64,000 bases of DNA from Octopus sinensis (lineage: Eukaryota), in contig NC_042998.1 in assembly GCF_006345805.1 (NCBI RefSeq), forward strand, positions 55,800,001-55,864,000, written 5' to 3'. Of this stretch, positions 10,765 to 24,542 are shown in pieces. A program made the position numbers and the translations under genes. Under the pieces are notes generated by a model. It did no database searches. It was given only the letters and a program-made list of their open reading frames with translations, and was not told where the DNA came from. The stretch's first letter is position 1, and each line of letters begins with the position of its first letter.

Positions 10765-13190
10765 TTTATTTTATATGCGGAAAACAAAAAAATAAATAAA
10801 TAAAGGCGAAATTAGCACATGTGAGTCGAATCGGTAGCAGTGTATTGTGAATATATGTATTTTTCACAAAATCAAATTAATAAAATGCAAAATCAGCGGG
10901 ATGCGAACTTCTCATTATGAGTTACTGAATATTAAATATAGTGAACGCATCTATAACGTTCTAATATTGTAGTTTGTTTTGTTTTTGTTTTTTCGCTTAC
11001 TTTTAACCTAAAAAATTTATTTATAAGAAATATTATTATTACAAGAAAAATCAATATAACAAGTCTTCCGAATTTTGGCAGAAGGTCAGGAATTTTAGAG
11101 AGAGGGGATAATTGATTACATCGAACTCAGAACTTGTCTGGTATTTCATTTTACGGAATCCGAGAATATGAATGGCAAACCTGACCTTAGCAGGTTGGAA
11201 ATTCTGTTGTTACCGTAGAGCAGTGTGCCGCGATATTCTGAACGACACGATAAGAAAATGCGAAAAGCCACATGATCCCAATTGAGTATTCACAGTCTGT
11301 GGTGTAACATCTTGCACTACATAGCTTTGTTGATTTAGGGATGAGCGAAATGTATCCAAATGTCGCAATGCTAAAGATTCTATCTTTTATTGTTTCGTTC
11401 GTCATTAGTATTGATCATATGAATGGATATTGGTCAATACTTGTCATAAGGTGGAACCCCACGAATGACACTGTCATCTCAATATAAACAATCCTATCCA
11501 AAACTGTCATATTGATATTTCATGACCCTTCACAATGGATAAATAACAACCTCTGTTGTCAAAAAGAGAAACATTAATCGACAATATTGTGAAAATTATT
11601 TGAAATTTGGATTTTAATGGTCTGGTGACGTTGACAAACCAAATCCATTTTGCATGGTGTGCGGTGAAATAATGTCAAATGAATCCATGGTACCAACTAA
11701 ATTAGAAAGGCATTTTAATTCAAAACATTCGTCTCTGAAAGATAAAAAGCTTGATTACTTTTAAAGACTGTTAGAGCAGATATCAAAACAGCGAAGTTAA
11801 TTTGAAAAAAAACAATGACCATGCCTGAACGAGCCCAACTAGCGTCAATTCAGGTAGCTGAAATAATAGCTTTTATCATCTAAATCTCACACACTTGCTG
11901 AGTCAGTCATCCTCCTAGCTTGCAAAAAGATAGTAAAATCCCTGTTTGGTGAAAAGGCTGAGAAGGAATTGAACAATATCCCGCTTTCAAATGATACATA
12001 CAAGAATCCTAGATACATCGAAAAATATTGAAAACACTTTTCAGAAAAGGCTTAAGAATAGTAATTTTGCTTTAACTGTGGATGAATCCACTGACGTCGG
12101 TAATAAAAGACAATTATTTGCATTTGTACGTTTTATTGACGAGAATGAAATAATCAATTTATTTTTGTGCTGTAAAGAAATGGCCACAACTACAAGAGGC
12201 CAAGATATTTTTGATTTGATAACAGGCTACTCAACGAAATGAATTTGTCTTAGAGGTCCTGTGTTAGTATTTGCACCGATAGAGCCCCAAGCATGACAGG
12301 CTGTATTAAAAGATTTGTATCCTCCGTAGAAAAAGAAAATCCAAATCTCATTCGTACTCATTGCTTTCTACATAGATAAGTTCTTGTTTCAAAAATATCA
12401 GAGGAAGATTTAAAGGTTGTGTTACATCAAGTTGTTGGAAGGTCAATTATATAAAAAGTAGGCCACTAAAGTCACAACTGTGCAAAGAGATGGACTCTCA
12501 GAATGTTAAGTTATTAATGCACACTGAGGTTTGCTGGCTGTCGAAAGGCAAAGTATTAAATCGTATTCGCGAACTGTACAAGGAATGACTATAATTTTTT
12601 ACTCCAGGAAAAGCAGGAGAAATACTGTGAATACTTTAGTTGCGAATTTTGCATGTTTAAAATGGAATACCTAACAGAAATATTTAGTGAACTAAATAAA
12701 ACATAGAGTAGTATGCAAGGTAAAAACGAAAATATTCTCACTTCAACAGGCAAGTTAATTGCCCTCAAAAAGAAAATTGTGATTTGGAAAAAAGAGCAGT
12801 CACTGGCAATCTTGATATGTTTCCTTTATTGCGTTCTACCTACATCAGAGAAATTATCCCTATTGTGGTTCCTCGTGTGACAGCCCTGGACGAAAGCATC
12901 AACAATTACTTTCTGTCATTAAAGACAGAAAAGTATGATTTTATTAAAGATCCTTTCATAAATCATTCTCCCAACATTGAACTTGAGTTACAGGAAGAGC
13001 TGCCCACCCTTTCTAGTGACCGAGGGTTAAAATTAAAACATTCGACTCTGCCCATTGATTTGTTTTGGATTTCAATTTAAGAAGAGTATCCCATATTATG
13101 TAAAAGAGCTTTAGCAATTTTATTACAATTTTCAACTTCTTATACATGTGAATTAGGCTTCTCAACATTAAACAACATCAAAAACAAGAC
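10482..13190 (+). mobile_element. hAT (Charlie/Buster, ZBED5-like) transposon, 3' TIR not found
   Basis: 5' end CAGGGGTGGGGAAAC is typical of Charlie-type TIRs; transposase relic follows at 11535-13190. Confidence 0.85.
11535..13190 (+). pseudogene. Charlie/Buster-type hAT transposase pseudogene
   Basis: BED-finger-like PFCMVCGEIMSNESMVPTKLERHFNSKH, IPLSNDT, catalytic FALTVDESTD, TEVCWLSKG and C-terminal CELGFS; multiple stops and frameshifts. Confidence 0.88.
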
Positions 13191-13214
13191 ACTTGAGCAA
13201 GACTATATTTCAGG

Positions 13215-13416
13215 TTACTTCAGTTCACTCAGCTGTAGAAATTAGTTGCGACGTCACTGGTGCTATCCCTTGGATAACATCAGTGGCGTGGAGAGAGGAG
13301 GCTGGTATGCATGGGCGACTGTTGGCCTTCCACAAAACTAACCTTGCCCGGACTTGTGCCTCGGAGGGTAACTTTGTAGGTGCAATCCCATGGTCATTCA
13401 TGACCGAAGGGGGTCT
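13215..13416 (+). mobile_element. SINE-like 3' fragment at the truncated end of the hAT
   Basis: Abrupt GC-richer segment (ttcactcagctg...aaccttgcccggacttgtgcc...catgaccgaagggggtct) replacing the hAT terminus. Confidence 0.5.
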
Positions 13417-13794
13417 AAAAACAAACTGCTCCTATACCACACTCAAAAGCATCTGAAGCTACAACAATCTCCGCTGCAAGATCGAAGTGAGTTAACGACA
13501 AATCAGATATTAATATTTTTATTGCAGAGACCTTGGTAGAATCAACCATGTAGGAGATTGTGAACGACTGTGTCACATGCTATCTCCACGATGGATAATT
13601 CTGTCAGCTTTCCTACACTGAGATAATGTTGTGTATAAAAAGTAACACGTCACTGACGAGTTAACAGTAAGTCTTGATAATTTAATTTATATTATGCAAC
13701 TATTAATCACTGTGTAAATGAAACGTACGTCAGATGATGTGACTAAATACCCTATAAACAATCTCTTATTTTGTTTTAACTCGCATATATATAT

Positions 13795-14130
13795 AGTTCA
13801 AATTTGCAGAGAACGAAAGACAAAGATAGGTGAAGGAAAAACAAGCAGGAACTAGTTTAACGTTCGGGAAGAATGAAAAAGTTTTTGATGTTTCGAGCCT
13901 ATGCTCTTCGACAGAAAGGATTGAGAGAGAGAAAAAGAACGGTGAGAGAAAAAATGTGTAGGAATTAACGGTCCAACATGATGAAATATGAAAGAGAGAG
14001 AGAGAGAAAGAGAGGGAGAGAGAGAAATTATATAAGTAGTAGTATAAATGTTTGTATTTGAAAACTGGAAGTTTTGAAAATGCTTAAGTGTCTGAAATAA
14101 GATATTGTTTATAACGTTATAATTTCTCAC
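13795..14130 (-). mobile_element. Hammerhead-bearing repeat, family H1
   Basis: Homologous to 2925-3330; ends at (TA)n near 13790. Confidence 0.6.
13883..13918 (-). ncRNA. Minimal type I hammerhead motif (family H1, U6 core, G16.2 mutated)
   Basis: CTTT-CTGTCGA-A-GAGC atag GCTC-GAAAC-AT-C-AAAA. Confidence 0.62.
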
Positions 14131-15082
14131 AATGGTAACTTCGTATTTATAGTAAAAACTTGTGTATTTTACAGCTACACATTATGTTTCGTTAAGCCTG
14201 AGCTGTTATTGTCATCGTGTATATTTTAACTGGCTGCGTGTACATTGTACTAGACTGGATTAATTCTAGAAACTTTTATTTTTTGGCTAAGAATTATGTA
14301 ATTCTCTTATCCTCAGTCTCGAAATATAGTTTAATATGAGTCCTCAAAATTATAATCTTATTGGTTTCAAATTTTGGCACAAAGCCAGCAATTCCGGATG
14401 CGAGGAAAATTGACCATGGTGCTTTCCATACTTTTCATAGAAATACAAACACACGTTCATGAATGTCAGGCCAGATTCAATAATTTCACATTCGCATGAC
14501 ACTACAATGAAAATTGCTACAAAATGTAAGAGAAAAAATACTTCAGCTTCCATGATAAAAATAGCTGCTCATAAAACAAAATATCATATAGTAGTTGTGT
14601 AAGTAGCAGCAATTGGTAGTAGTAGTAGTAGTGGTGGCGGTGGCGATGGTGGTGGTGGTGGTGGTGATGGCAGTAGTAGTGCTGGAGAATTTTGAATCTA
14701 ATGAAAATATTAGCACATAAAAACCGTCAAGTAAATGTTATATTTTTGCAAACCTTTATGTTCCCTTGTCCCTTCTGAAACCAAAGATAATTTCCCCCAC
14801 AACAAATTATGATCAAAGCGCAGCAAAAAGTCAAATTGTCAAAAATGATGAAAGGCCAATGTTTCTCGACAAATAACTATCTAGTAAGAGTCAAACCTTT
14901 TCTGGACTTCAGTAGTATATACTTACTATTTTTAACATGGGAGGCTTCCATTTCCCGAATAATAACAAATATATACAGGATATTGTTTAATTCATAAATG
15001 ATTTAGTTTTGAAAGTCAAATAATATTATTGTAACAGAAGGCAATAAGCATGTTATCAATGCATGTATATAAATTTACAATA

Positions 15083-15139
<57 letters not shown>

Positions 15140-15269
15140 GTTGAGTATGAAACTCAGGAACTAACATATCATTAACATATTTTTATGTGCTAGCTTCTGA
15201 CGGATGGTTTTATAGAGAATATGAAAAAAGAGAAAAGATCTAATTTCAATAATTTTCCATGGAGAAAGT

Positions 15270-15441
15270 GTATTTTTGAATAGCTATGAGAGTATGTGAA
15301 AGTTCTGAGAACAAGTTGAAAATAAAGCAGGCTTGCGTAAATTTACGGGTCTAGTGTAACTCCGTTGCAAATTTAATAGCTATCGTACTATTTTATACAT
15401 AAAATATAACGTTCAGTTCACTTTGCTCTACATATTTAGCT
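15270..15441. repeat. Dispersed ~170-bp repeat, empty-site paralogue of 20542-20957
   Basis: Aligns by eye with 20542-20619 plus 20862-20957. Confidence 0.85.
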
Positions 15442-16949
15442 AAATATATTTTGTGGGTTTATTGTGACACAAAGTACTTTGTTACAACAATCATAACTCA
15501 AGCAATGTGATATATGAGTCAGCTTTCACCTTTTCCCATCCAAGTGATTTTTAAACCTTATGGTTATCGCTATTATTTATAGCTTTATCTACTTTGAGTT
15601 CCACCGTTGAAAATGATATATAAGAATAAGTGTACATTTTCAAACAAAGTTTTCTTTTTTTAGTCGGTATTTGGTCGAATACTTACCTTACTTAGTTAGG
15701 TAAATATATATATTCCTCCGATATACGCAGCGACATTATTTGCAACAACCTTTGTAGACTCCAAATATTCTGGCATTTTCAGGGAAGCAATTAGTCAGTC
15801 TGCAGCTGAGGTCTGAGTAATTGGTTTCTGCTGCGATTCAAACATACAACGGAGGAATCTACATTTATTTTGACCATTCGAATCACCACCTCTCACCCAG
15901 AATGTGTAAACATCTTTCCTCATAATGGCTAACCAAAATCTGTAAAGCTGATTTTCAAATAAACAGTGTAGCATTTAGCTCAATGTAAAGGTTATTTACT
16001 GAAGCCAGTATAAATATTTCATAGCCAATTAATTTCTGTGAAAACCACGAAGACAGGAAAAACTATATTTTTGTTTAGTGCACGACCAGCTATAATTTCA
16101 GCTGCTGTCTCATGACTTCTGTTGAGCGTGGTTCTGCCAGTTCTAATGAGCTAAATTATCCATCATTCTAAACCAAACACACTAAATGCAAAATCTGAAA
16201 AACATTCCTCTCGTTACATCTTTTACTTGATCCTTCAAAAGTTAAATATATCTTCTCTGCTTCTCACATGTATATTTGAAAAACATTCCAGACGCTGTTC
16301 CCTCGAAATTACTCCTATATGCACCAAACAATATATAAACTCCAGCACCCAAGATATTTTCTTTGAAATATTACAGTTGAGTCTTGGTGCGCATTCTAAT
16401 AATAGTTAATCTACATTATTCACTTGATTTTCGAACAATGATAATCATTTCAAGCCCATCCAAAGTAAGAGAAAATGTAATTCACCATATGGTACGAATA
16501 TCTTCTGTGGTAGAAAATTCGAAAATACCAATTTCAAAATGACCTCCATTCTTATATTTCCGTTTATGTTTATCAAGTTTTTGGAGTGCTCTAGATGGCT
16601 AACTGCTTTAAAGGTAATTCCATTAGAGTATCTATAAATAATGAAGATAATTTTGATTATTGCTCACCTACCCACTCGCTTTCAATCAATCAGACATCGA
16701 AATTAAACATACTCTGGATAATAACTTGTCCGTTATAACAAAATATGCATTGGAAAGACAGAATTTATACTGTTAAGCCAACCAGCCACTAAGGTCCATA
16801 TTTTTAGTTATTTCACTAAATATTGTGTATATTCACTAAAGACAGACAAACTATTAAAACTTGTATCCAATGTTTTTGCAGTGTTTGGGTTTTTTTTATT
16901 TTGTTTTTGTTTGGGGAGGGGCAAGTGTTATTAGCTTATTCTCGACAAA

Positions 16950-19620
16950 TAGAAACACTGTGTTTATAATCGTCCTAGGCCTTTCAAAATGCAGTTTATG
17001 CTCAGCTTGAACATCTGTGAGTCGGGGTCGGTAAAATGAAAATCGCGGGTGAGAAGGGACCCATTTAGCTGGCTTCCTGAGCAGAGACAATTGGGTGAGG
17101 TGGATAGTTCAGGCTTGGGGCTTCATACACAGTGTAACTACTAAGAACAAAAGAGATAAGTGGGCTTAGAGGTGATATCTTACTAGCCATGTAACAAATA
17201 GCATAGGTCTGTAAATCAAGTATTTCAGTGTTAGTGAATTAGTCTTTTAACAGTCAAGTGGTTGTCATCATTTTGGATGATATCTGTGTGAAAAGCAGCA
17301 GTACCATCGCAAGACACACGAGCAACATTCCGTTGTAGATTTTACTTAAAAGCTTCGTAGAGGTCCAGTAGTCAATTAGAAAAAGAATATTTGTGACAAC
17401 CTGGGGAAGCCTAGTCCTCGGATTGCAATTTTTGCTATGTTGCGCATGTAGGATTGTCAGCAAGGTTATCAGAGTTATTGTAGCGTCTGTGGTGATTTTG
17501 ATGTCTTTAATTATGTAAAATCTGCTAGAGAAAGTGATGTAGAAAGTAGTTCCTTGGTATGAACAGTATTTGTGCGTTTGGGATGTTGAAATATGTTAGA
17601 CTCAGAGTTAGTCAAGGTTTTACATATAATACCTAGTGTGCTTGTGGATAGAGTCTGTATACAAATGATTAAAGGGGAATGGAAACGGAGACAACATTCA
17701 TTAGGTTGTTTGTTAATGTAGTAGGGAAAAAGAAAGGGAGAACAGCTTAACCTGTAGGCATATTCGAGTTGGTAAAATGTGGGTGAGAAAGAAAGCAACT
17801 AACAAAAACTGTGATTATGTGGTCTGAAAATAAGCTTCCAGCCTAAGACAGTCTCGCTTGAGGGGCAGTAAGAAAATTCTGTTGAGTTGGTTAAGACCTT
17901 CTTAGCTAGAGACCAGCAGCAGATTGGGAGGTAGGATAGCTAATAAATTGTGCGATTCACCAAGTCGCTCTTCAGATAATTGGTATTGGAGAAGTGACAG
18001 TAATGGGTAAAAACCACCCAGTAAAGAAAGGCAGGGTGTGCTTCCAGTTGTTGTAGATCGTGTTCTTTGCCTTAACTGTTGCGATGCTGATGCGTGTGAA
18101 CCACTTGGGTAATTTTGGAGCCTGGGCTTTGATTGTTAACAAGAGACAGGCTTAAGAGCATGATTTTGGTCTCCTACTAAATTGCCTTGGGTGGGTCAAA
18201 GATGAAGTACATTTGTTCCTATCCCTGAGGTTTTCAAATGTGAAAGTGGTGAAACTCTGCCGGTAAATGGTGTGGTGGGTTTGTGATGAGTACATTTGTG
18301 GTTTCGATTTTTGGACAGGGCACCGTGTTATGTTCATGAGCAAAACACTTCATTTCACGTTGCTCCAATTCACTCAGCTAGCAAAAATGAATAATCCTGC
18401 GATAGACGAATGTCCCGTCCAGGTGGAAAGTTTATACGCCATGAAACTGGGAAACAGGTCCTTATGAGCCGGCACGACTCGAGAAGGTAACTTTACTTAT
18501 TTTTACATTTGACTAGGCAGTTGTCGGGCAACCAGAAAGGTATAGTGATAGTTTGGTAAAGGCTGAGTTAGGAGTTGAGAAAAAGATCAAGAGTGTTTGT
18601 AACGGCAGTGTGTCGGTGTAAGTTATGATACTATAATAGTTTGAGTGCAAACTCCTTCATCTTCTGAAGGAGTATGAGAACCAAGAGAAGTTGTGACTAT
18701 TGAGGTTGCTGAGGACGATGACTTTATCAATGCAAGGCGGAAGATAGCTGAATCCCTATTAGTAGTCGGAGGAGCTGGGTAGCAGTAGGGCCACAAAGTG
18801 AATTTAGAGATCTTGGAAAAGCACATGTTATGTAACTGGAAGTATTTGTTGCTACTAATATCGAGTAAAACTATGAAAGTGAAGTAAGCATTCAACATTC
18901 TTGTAGGTACTATCTTTCTGGATAAGGATGGAATACAGAGTGTAGCCTGGTCAATAAAAACTGAACTAGATGTGAAGTGTGAGAGTTATCACAAAGGAGA
19001 ACAGTATGAATGGCTTGCGTATTTATAAAGACAGTTAGTGGTGTCCACAGCTGTTGCTCTATACGAAAGGGAATTGGCCAGCGAATAGAGCTTGGTACTG
19101 ATTAGTTTTCCTTCTCATTTGCTTTTGACTAGAGTAGTGGCATTTTCCCGCTTTCTACGACTTTGTTACGGTAATTTGAAAAAATACCACAGCTAGAATT
19201 ATTACAATCTACTATATCAATGTCTGTAAATTTTCCAGCTGGATATCATAGACTGCGGCAGGGCCTTTCCAAATTTTATACTTGCTGGGCCAGTCACGAA
19301 CTAGAGGAGAAAATAATACAAGATTACACACCAACTGATAAGGCAGCTTCCTGAGGAACAACCCACGATCTCTGTTGTGACTGCTTGGACATGAAGGTTG
19401 TGAAAATTAAACAAATGGAAGGAACAAACATAAATAAGAGTGAATAAGAGGGGAGAGGAAAGAGACAGGCTGTGAGGTAGGAACCAGTGAATCGAGGAAA
19501 TTCAGCAATAGGGCAGTAGATTAACGGCGAACATGGAGGTCGGTAACCTAACGGGTGGCTGATTGAGTGAGGGTGTAGTGGAAGGAGAGGTATTAACACG
19601 TGCCTCGACTGCTGTAACAA
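16950..19620 (-). mobile_element. Decayed APE-type LINE (CR1/L2/Jockey group)
   Basis: Minus-strand remnants NTLDLFL (18577-18597, endonuclease), PKWFT (about 18100), WSLAKKV (17895-17915); strand-biased composition; many stops. Boundaries approximate. Confidence 0.6.
18290..18500 (+). mobile_element. SINE nested in the decayed LINE
   Basis: B-box-like ggtttcgatt followed by gagcaaaacacttcatttcacgttgctcca...cctgcgatagacgaatgtcccgtccagg; interrupts the LINE remnant. Confidence 0.6.
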
Positions 19621-19765
19621 TATGGAAAAGCTCTAACTCAGTAGTCGATCAGTTTGATATTCCTGCCTACAGCTGGACTGAATGAAGCTGAATCTTAGGA
19701 AATAGCCTTAAATGAAAATGTTGGCTGTAAATTAAAATTGTGCGTATATATGTGTTTGTGTTCGT

Positions 19766-19797
<32 letters not shown>

Positions 19798-19959
19798 CAG
19801 ACATACAGAAAGTGTGTATAAGCGAGTGTGCATGAGTGTGTGTATAGATAGGTACACACGCGCGCGCGTACGCACACACATATACGTGTATATATATAAA
19901 TATTTATGTATATACACGCATATACAAATATATGTCTATATCTCTATCAACCTATACAT

Positions 19960-20110
19960 ATTACATACATACATACATACATACACACACACATACATAC
20001 ATACATACATACATACGTACATACATACATACATACATACATACACACATACATACATACATACATACATACATACATACATACATACATACATACATAC
20101 ATACATGCGT
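19960..20110. repeat. (TACA)n microsatellite
   Basis: Direct inspection. Confidence 0.95.
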
Positions 20111-20619
20111 ACGTGCGTACATACATGCGCGCGTGCATGCGTACATACGTATTTATGTACATATTGCCTGTGGGTCGGTTCTCCTCGTACTTAGTTGATA
20201 ATTTAATATGAAATTTTAATAGAATTCTTAGTTCTATGTCTTAATTCGATTCTTTATAACTATCAAAATAGACTCATGTGTTCTATATCCACAGCTTCAT
20301 AATATATTGTCTGAAATAGAAACGCACTTCCAAACTGCAACTTTAAAAAAGAAATGTCTAGCCAAACGCTCGACCTCCCAAATGTAGGAACCAAATCTTA
20401 ACTTACTTAAAAAAAGAGACGGACATATAACAGAATGTGATCCTAGATACTATGTCTCAGTAAAAGTAACGTATGTATGTATGTATGTATGTATGTATGT
20501 ATGTAGTATGTATGTATGTATGTATGTATGTATGTATGTATGTATTTTTCAATAGCTATGAGAGTATGTGAAAGTTATGAGAACAAGTTGAAAATAAAGA
20601 AGGGTTACGTGAATTTACC

Positions 20620-20846
20620 TATTTCTTTACTACCCACAAGGGGCTAAACACAGAAAAGACAAACAAGGACAGACAAACGGATTAAGTCGATTATATCGAC
20701 CCCAGTGCGTAACTGGTACTTATTTAATCGACCCCGGAAGGATGAAAGGCAAAGTCGACCTCGGCGGACTTTGAACTCAGAACGTAGCGGCAGACGAAAT
20801 ACCGCTAGGCATTTCGCCCGGCGAGCTTACGTTTCTACCAGCTCGC
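20620..20846 (-). mobile_element. Full-length SINE-A, tail variant 2, with 15-bp TSD
   Basis: TSD TTACGTGAATTTACC at 20605-20619 and 20847-20861. Confidence 0.92.
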
Positions 20847-21164
20847 TTACGTGAATTTACCGGTCTAGAGTAACTCCGTTGCACGTTTAATAGCTATCGT
20901 ACTATATTTATACATAAAAATATAACGTTCATTTCACTTTGCTCCACATATTTAGCTGTTAAATCGGGTAGCCTTGTTGGAAGCAAAGTGTTTAATTAGC
21001 CTCAACTCACAAAACTGTTATCAGTTAACCACTCGCTGATTCGTGTGCCACAGCATTCTGGATTTCATTTCTTCCTTATTTCTGTTTTAAGGCGTAGCTT
21101 CTGTCTCTTTCTTTCTTTGTTTCCTTGTTTTTTTTTCTTTTATATTGCTATCTTCTTTTACCTT

Positions 21165-21350
21165 TTATTTATTTCAGTCATTGAACTGCCACCGTTCTTG
21201 GGCACCACGTGGAATGATTTGATCGAACTAATCTACCCCAGTACGTTTATTTATTTATTTTTTTCAAGTTTGGTACTTGTATCGGTCTCTTTGCCCGAAC
21301 TCTTAGTTACGTGACGTAAACAAACCAACAGCGGTTCTTAAGCAGTAGAT
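21165..21350 (-). mobile_element. SINE-B 3' half
   Basis: Matches the SINE-B tail. Confidence 0.75.
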
Positions 21351-21429
21351 GGGACACACACATACACAAACACGCACACGTGCGCGCGCACGCACACACA
21401 CATACACACACACACATACACATGCTTGT

Positions 21430-22050
21430 ATCTGATGGAATCTCCCGTCGAAGATGATGTACGAGCATTCAGTTTTTACTGCACAAATAATTTGTTTATA
21501 GTGATCAAACGTATGTGTCCTACATTAGCTAACTACCTTCATAAAATTGTCATTTCCTGAACAGGTGCACAAGTGTGCCACACGTTAGATGTCGAAATGA
21601 TTGCAGAGGTAAGTGAAATAAAATGTTTTGCTCAAAAAAAAAAAAAACGCGCCGTCCAGTACAGGAATCGATATACATAAATACATAAGTACGTATGTAT
21701 GTATACTTATACATGTATGTACACACACACATAGACACACGTGTGTGTGAAAGTGAGTACATCGGTTAGGGCGTTGCACTCAGAATCGTGAGGTCTTGGT
21801 TTCAGTTCCTGAACTGCGTGGTGCGTTGTGTTCTTGAGTAAAATGCTTCTTCATCTCACGTTGTTCTGCAATCGCTTTGACACCTGATGTATGGTACACC
21901 TTGCACCTGTTTAGACAACGTCGATTTGAAGGAAGGAGAGGAGTAAAGTACTGCACAAACATTTGATCGCTATAGATAAATCATTTGTGCAGGTTGTTCA
22001 ACCAGAAATTGCAGAACAATCTGGTTCGGACTGCGCGAAACTATCATCAG
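21430..22050. mobile_element. Inverted pair of SINE-D copies (about 21430-21670 minus, 21760-22050 plus)
   Basis: The reverse complement of 21560-21660 (gagcaaaacattttatttcac...ctgcaatc...gtgcacctgtt) matches 21835-21912. Confidence 0.65.
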
Positions 22051-22075
22051 CATCTATTTATCTATATGTGTGTGT

Positions 22076-22143
<68 letters not shown>

Positions 22144-22164
22144 GTGCGCGTGTGCGTGTGTACT

Positions 22165-22196
<32 letters not shown>

Positions 22197-22280
22197 TATT
22201 ATCTGAATATGTGACCGCGTGTGTATCGTTGGCGATTTTCTTTCTCCGTCTTCCCTTCCTTGGACCTTTTCTTTTTCTAT

Positions 22281-22315
22281 GTTTCTGACGAAGAGCTCCG
22301 TTCGAAACGTTAAAT
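22281..22315 (+). ncRNA. Minimal type I hammerhead motif with canonical core (H1-related)
   Basis: GTTT-CTGACGA-A-GAGC tcc GTTC-GAAAC-GT-T-AAAT; stem III palindrome ACGT; host repeat ends in (TA)n at about 22413. Confidence 0.72.
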
Positions 22316-22409
22316 CGTCCTTCTTTCTTTCCTTTGCTGAGCGCCCAATAACACTATACTTGTTCCACGTCCTCGCGTTGTTATATTTTCTCTTTGTTCA
22401 TGTTTGGAT

Positions 22410-22445
<36 letters not shown>

Positions 22446-23614
22446 GTAGAAAACAGTTTCCCAAAGTACCGCACAATGGGAGTGATCCCGAAACCACGGG
22501 TAGCAACGCGAGCTTCTTAACCACATAGCCATACCTGCGCCTTCATAGCCAAGATAAACTGCTTATGACGGAAAAAATATATTAACTTAGATAAAGATCT
22601 TATGGAACCTACGTCAAAACAAAACAAAACTAATCACTCTAAAACGTTTATCCCAACGCACAACACTGTTTTTGATAATTCACCAACATTAGCAAATTAA
22701 TCTCATTTTAAAATCGTTTTAAGAATATTTTAAAAACTATTTTATGCATGTACTTTTAAAATCATGATGTGTGAATTATTAAAATTATAAAGCTATCTAT
22801 TTTTAAAGTTTTCATTCCAGAATTTTCTCAAACGAGATAGAAACTGAAGATATTTAATTTGAGTAATATAAAATCTTCGTCTAATTTTGAAAATATAACA
22901 GAATACCACACTTTTATTATTCATAACAATTAATTGGGCTACTTATTTTGTCGTAAATTCTAATTTCAGAGAGACGTAATTAAGAGTGGGTAAGCCAAAT
23001 TTTCATACCTAAAAAGATAAAATATAATTCAAAGAAATATTTTATATTCTGTTAAAAGACTTCCATTAGTAGAAATTGATTATACTCCAAAAATATCGTT
23101 TATTTCTATTACAATTTGAGGGATATAAATTGATTTACGAACTAGTGTATGATAATTGAGTGATAATGTCATTTTATTATTGCAGTATATCACACCGTGT
23201 AGAAAATGTTTGAAAATAAAGACGAATAATGGACACGAAACTATCCAATGAGTTGTGTTTTTATTGTTATTGTTGTTTATTTCTTAAGCCTATGAATATA
23301 GGGAAAAGGGACCAAACCTGTTTGTGATCAACTGATGAGTCAACAGCATGTTAGGTGTAAACATGTTTTTGTGCAATTGCTGGTCACATGACTGATATGA
23401 CTCATTGATCTTTCCTGAAAATTATGTCGTTCTCCTTCCTATTGAAGGAAGCCTTCATATATAATGAGAAAAGTGGGGATAGTGAAAAACATAACGACGT
23501 TAATCCTGCTGGTTGTGAAAATGTAAAATGGAAGTAATGGAGATATTTTGTGCGTACAAACATTAGTCTTGGATTGCCCAGCTATTCCACACGGATACAT
23601 TATCTGGAAAGATA

Positions 23615-23688
<74 letters not shown>

Positions 23689-23974
23689 GGAGAGATTAAT
23701 ATTAACCCGAATATATTTATTGAAGCATTTCGATTGATTTGGATGTTAATTCCAGTATATTTATGTATGTTGTCAAACATCTTTGTTAAAATAATGAAGC
23801 GCTCATTTTTTTTTTTTTTTTGTTTTCAATATTATTTCTCATATTTATATCAAAGCCCCAAAAGTTTTATTCTTCAGTCACCGATTTGACTGTATTTTGT
23901 GTATTTATTATAAATAATGTTAGTCAAATATTATATAAATTTCTCGAGCTATTTCGTAAAAATATATCTGTTAT

Positions 23975-24183
23975 ATTTTACTAGTCTCAGTCATTGGACT
24001 ACGGCCATGCTGGGGTACCACCTTGAAAAGTTTTAGATGAACGAATCGACCTCAGTACTTATTCTTTTTAAGCCTGGTTCTTATTGTGTTGTTCTCTTAG
24101 GCCGAACCGCTAAGTTATGGGGACATAAATATCGATTGTCAAACGATGGTGGGCTACACACACACACATACACACACACACAC

Positions 24184-24238
<55 letters not shown>

Positions 24239-24385
24239 ATATACATACATACATATGTATGCACACACGACATGCTTCTACTCACAAAGCATGGTATAGG
24301 ACACTTGCCCAAGGTGTTACGCAAGGGCATGAACCCAGAACTGTTTGGTTCGGAAGCAAACTTTTTACCACACAACTACGCTTGC
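23975..24385 (-). mobile_element. SINE-B with expanded internal microsatellite
   Basis: Head at 24280-24385, tail at 23975-24150, (CA)/(TA) tract between. Confidence 0.85.
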
Positions 24386-24395
24386 ACTTATATAT

Positions 24396-24542
24396 ATTTC
24401 TTTACTACCCACAAGGGGCTAAACACAGAGGGGACAAACAAGGACAGACAAAGGGACTAAGTCGATTACATCGACCCCAGTGCGTAACTGGTACTTAATT
24501 TATCGACCCCGAAAGGATGAAAGGCAAAGTCGACCTCGGGCC
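24396..24542 (-). mobile_element. 5'-truncated SINE-A with 13-bp TSD
   Basis: TGCACTTATATAT at 24383-24395 and 24543-24555. Confidence 0.85.

Noticed and set aside
21565-21608. Strong-looking 44-nt exon (cag|GTG...GAG|gtaagt)
   Set aside because: Lies within an antisense SINE-D copy; the signals are repeat-derived.
22005-22050. Minus-strand CTGATGA...GAACC...GTT hammerhead-like string
   Set aside because: GAAA core broken, stems I and II do not pair, and it lies at a SINE end.
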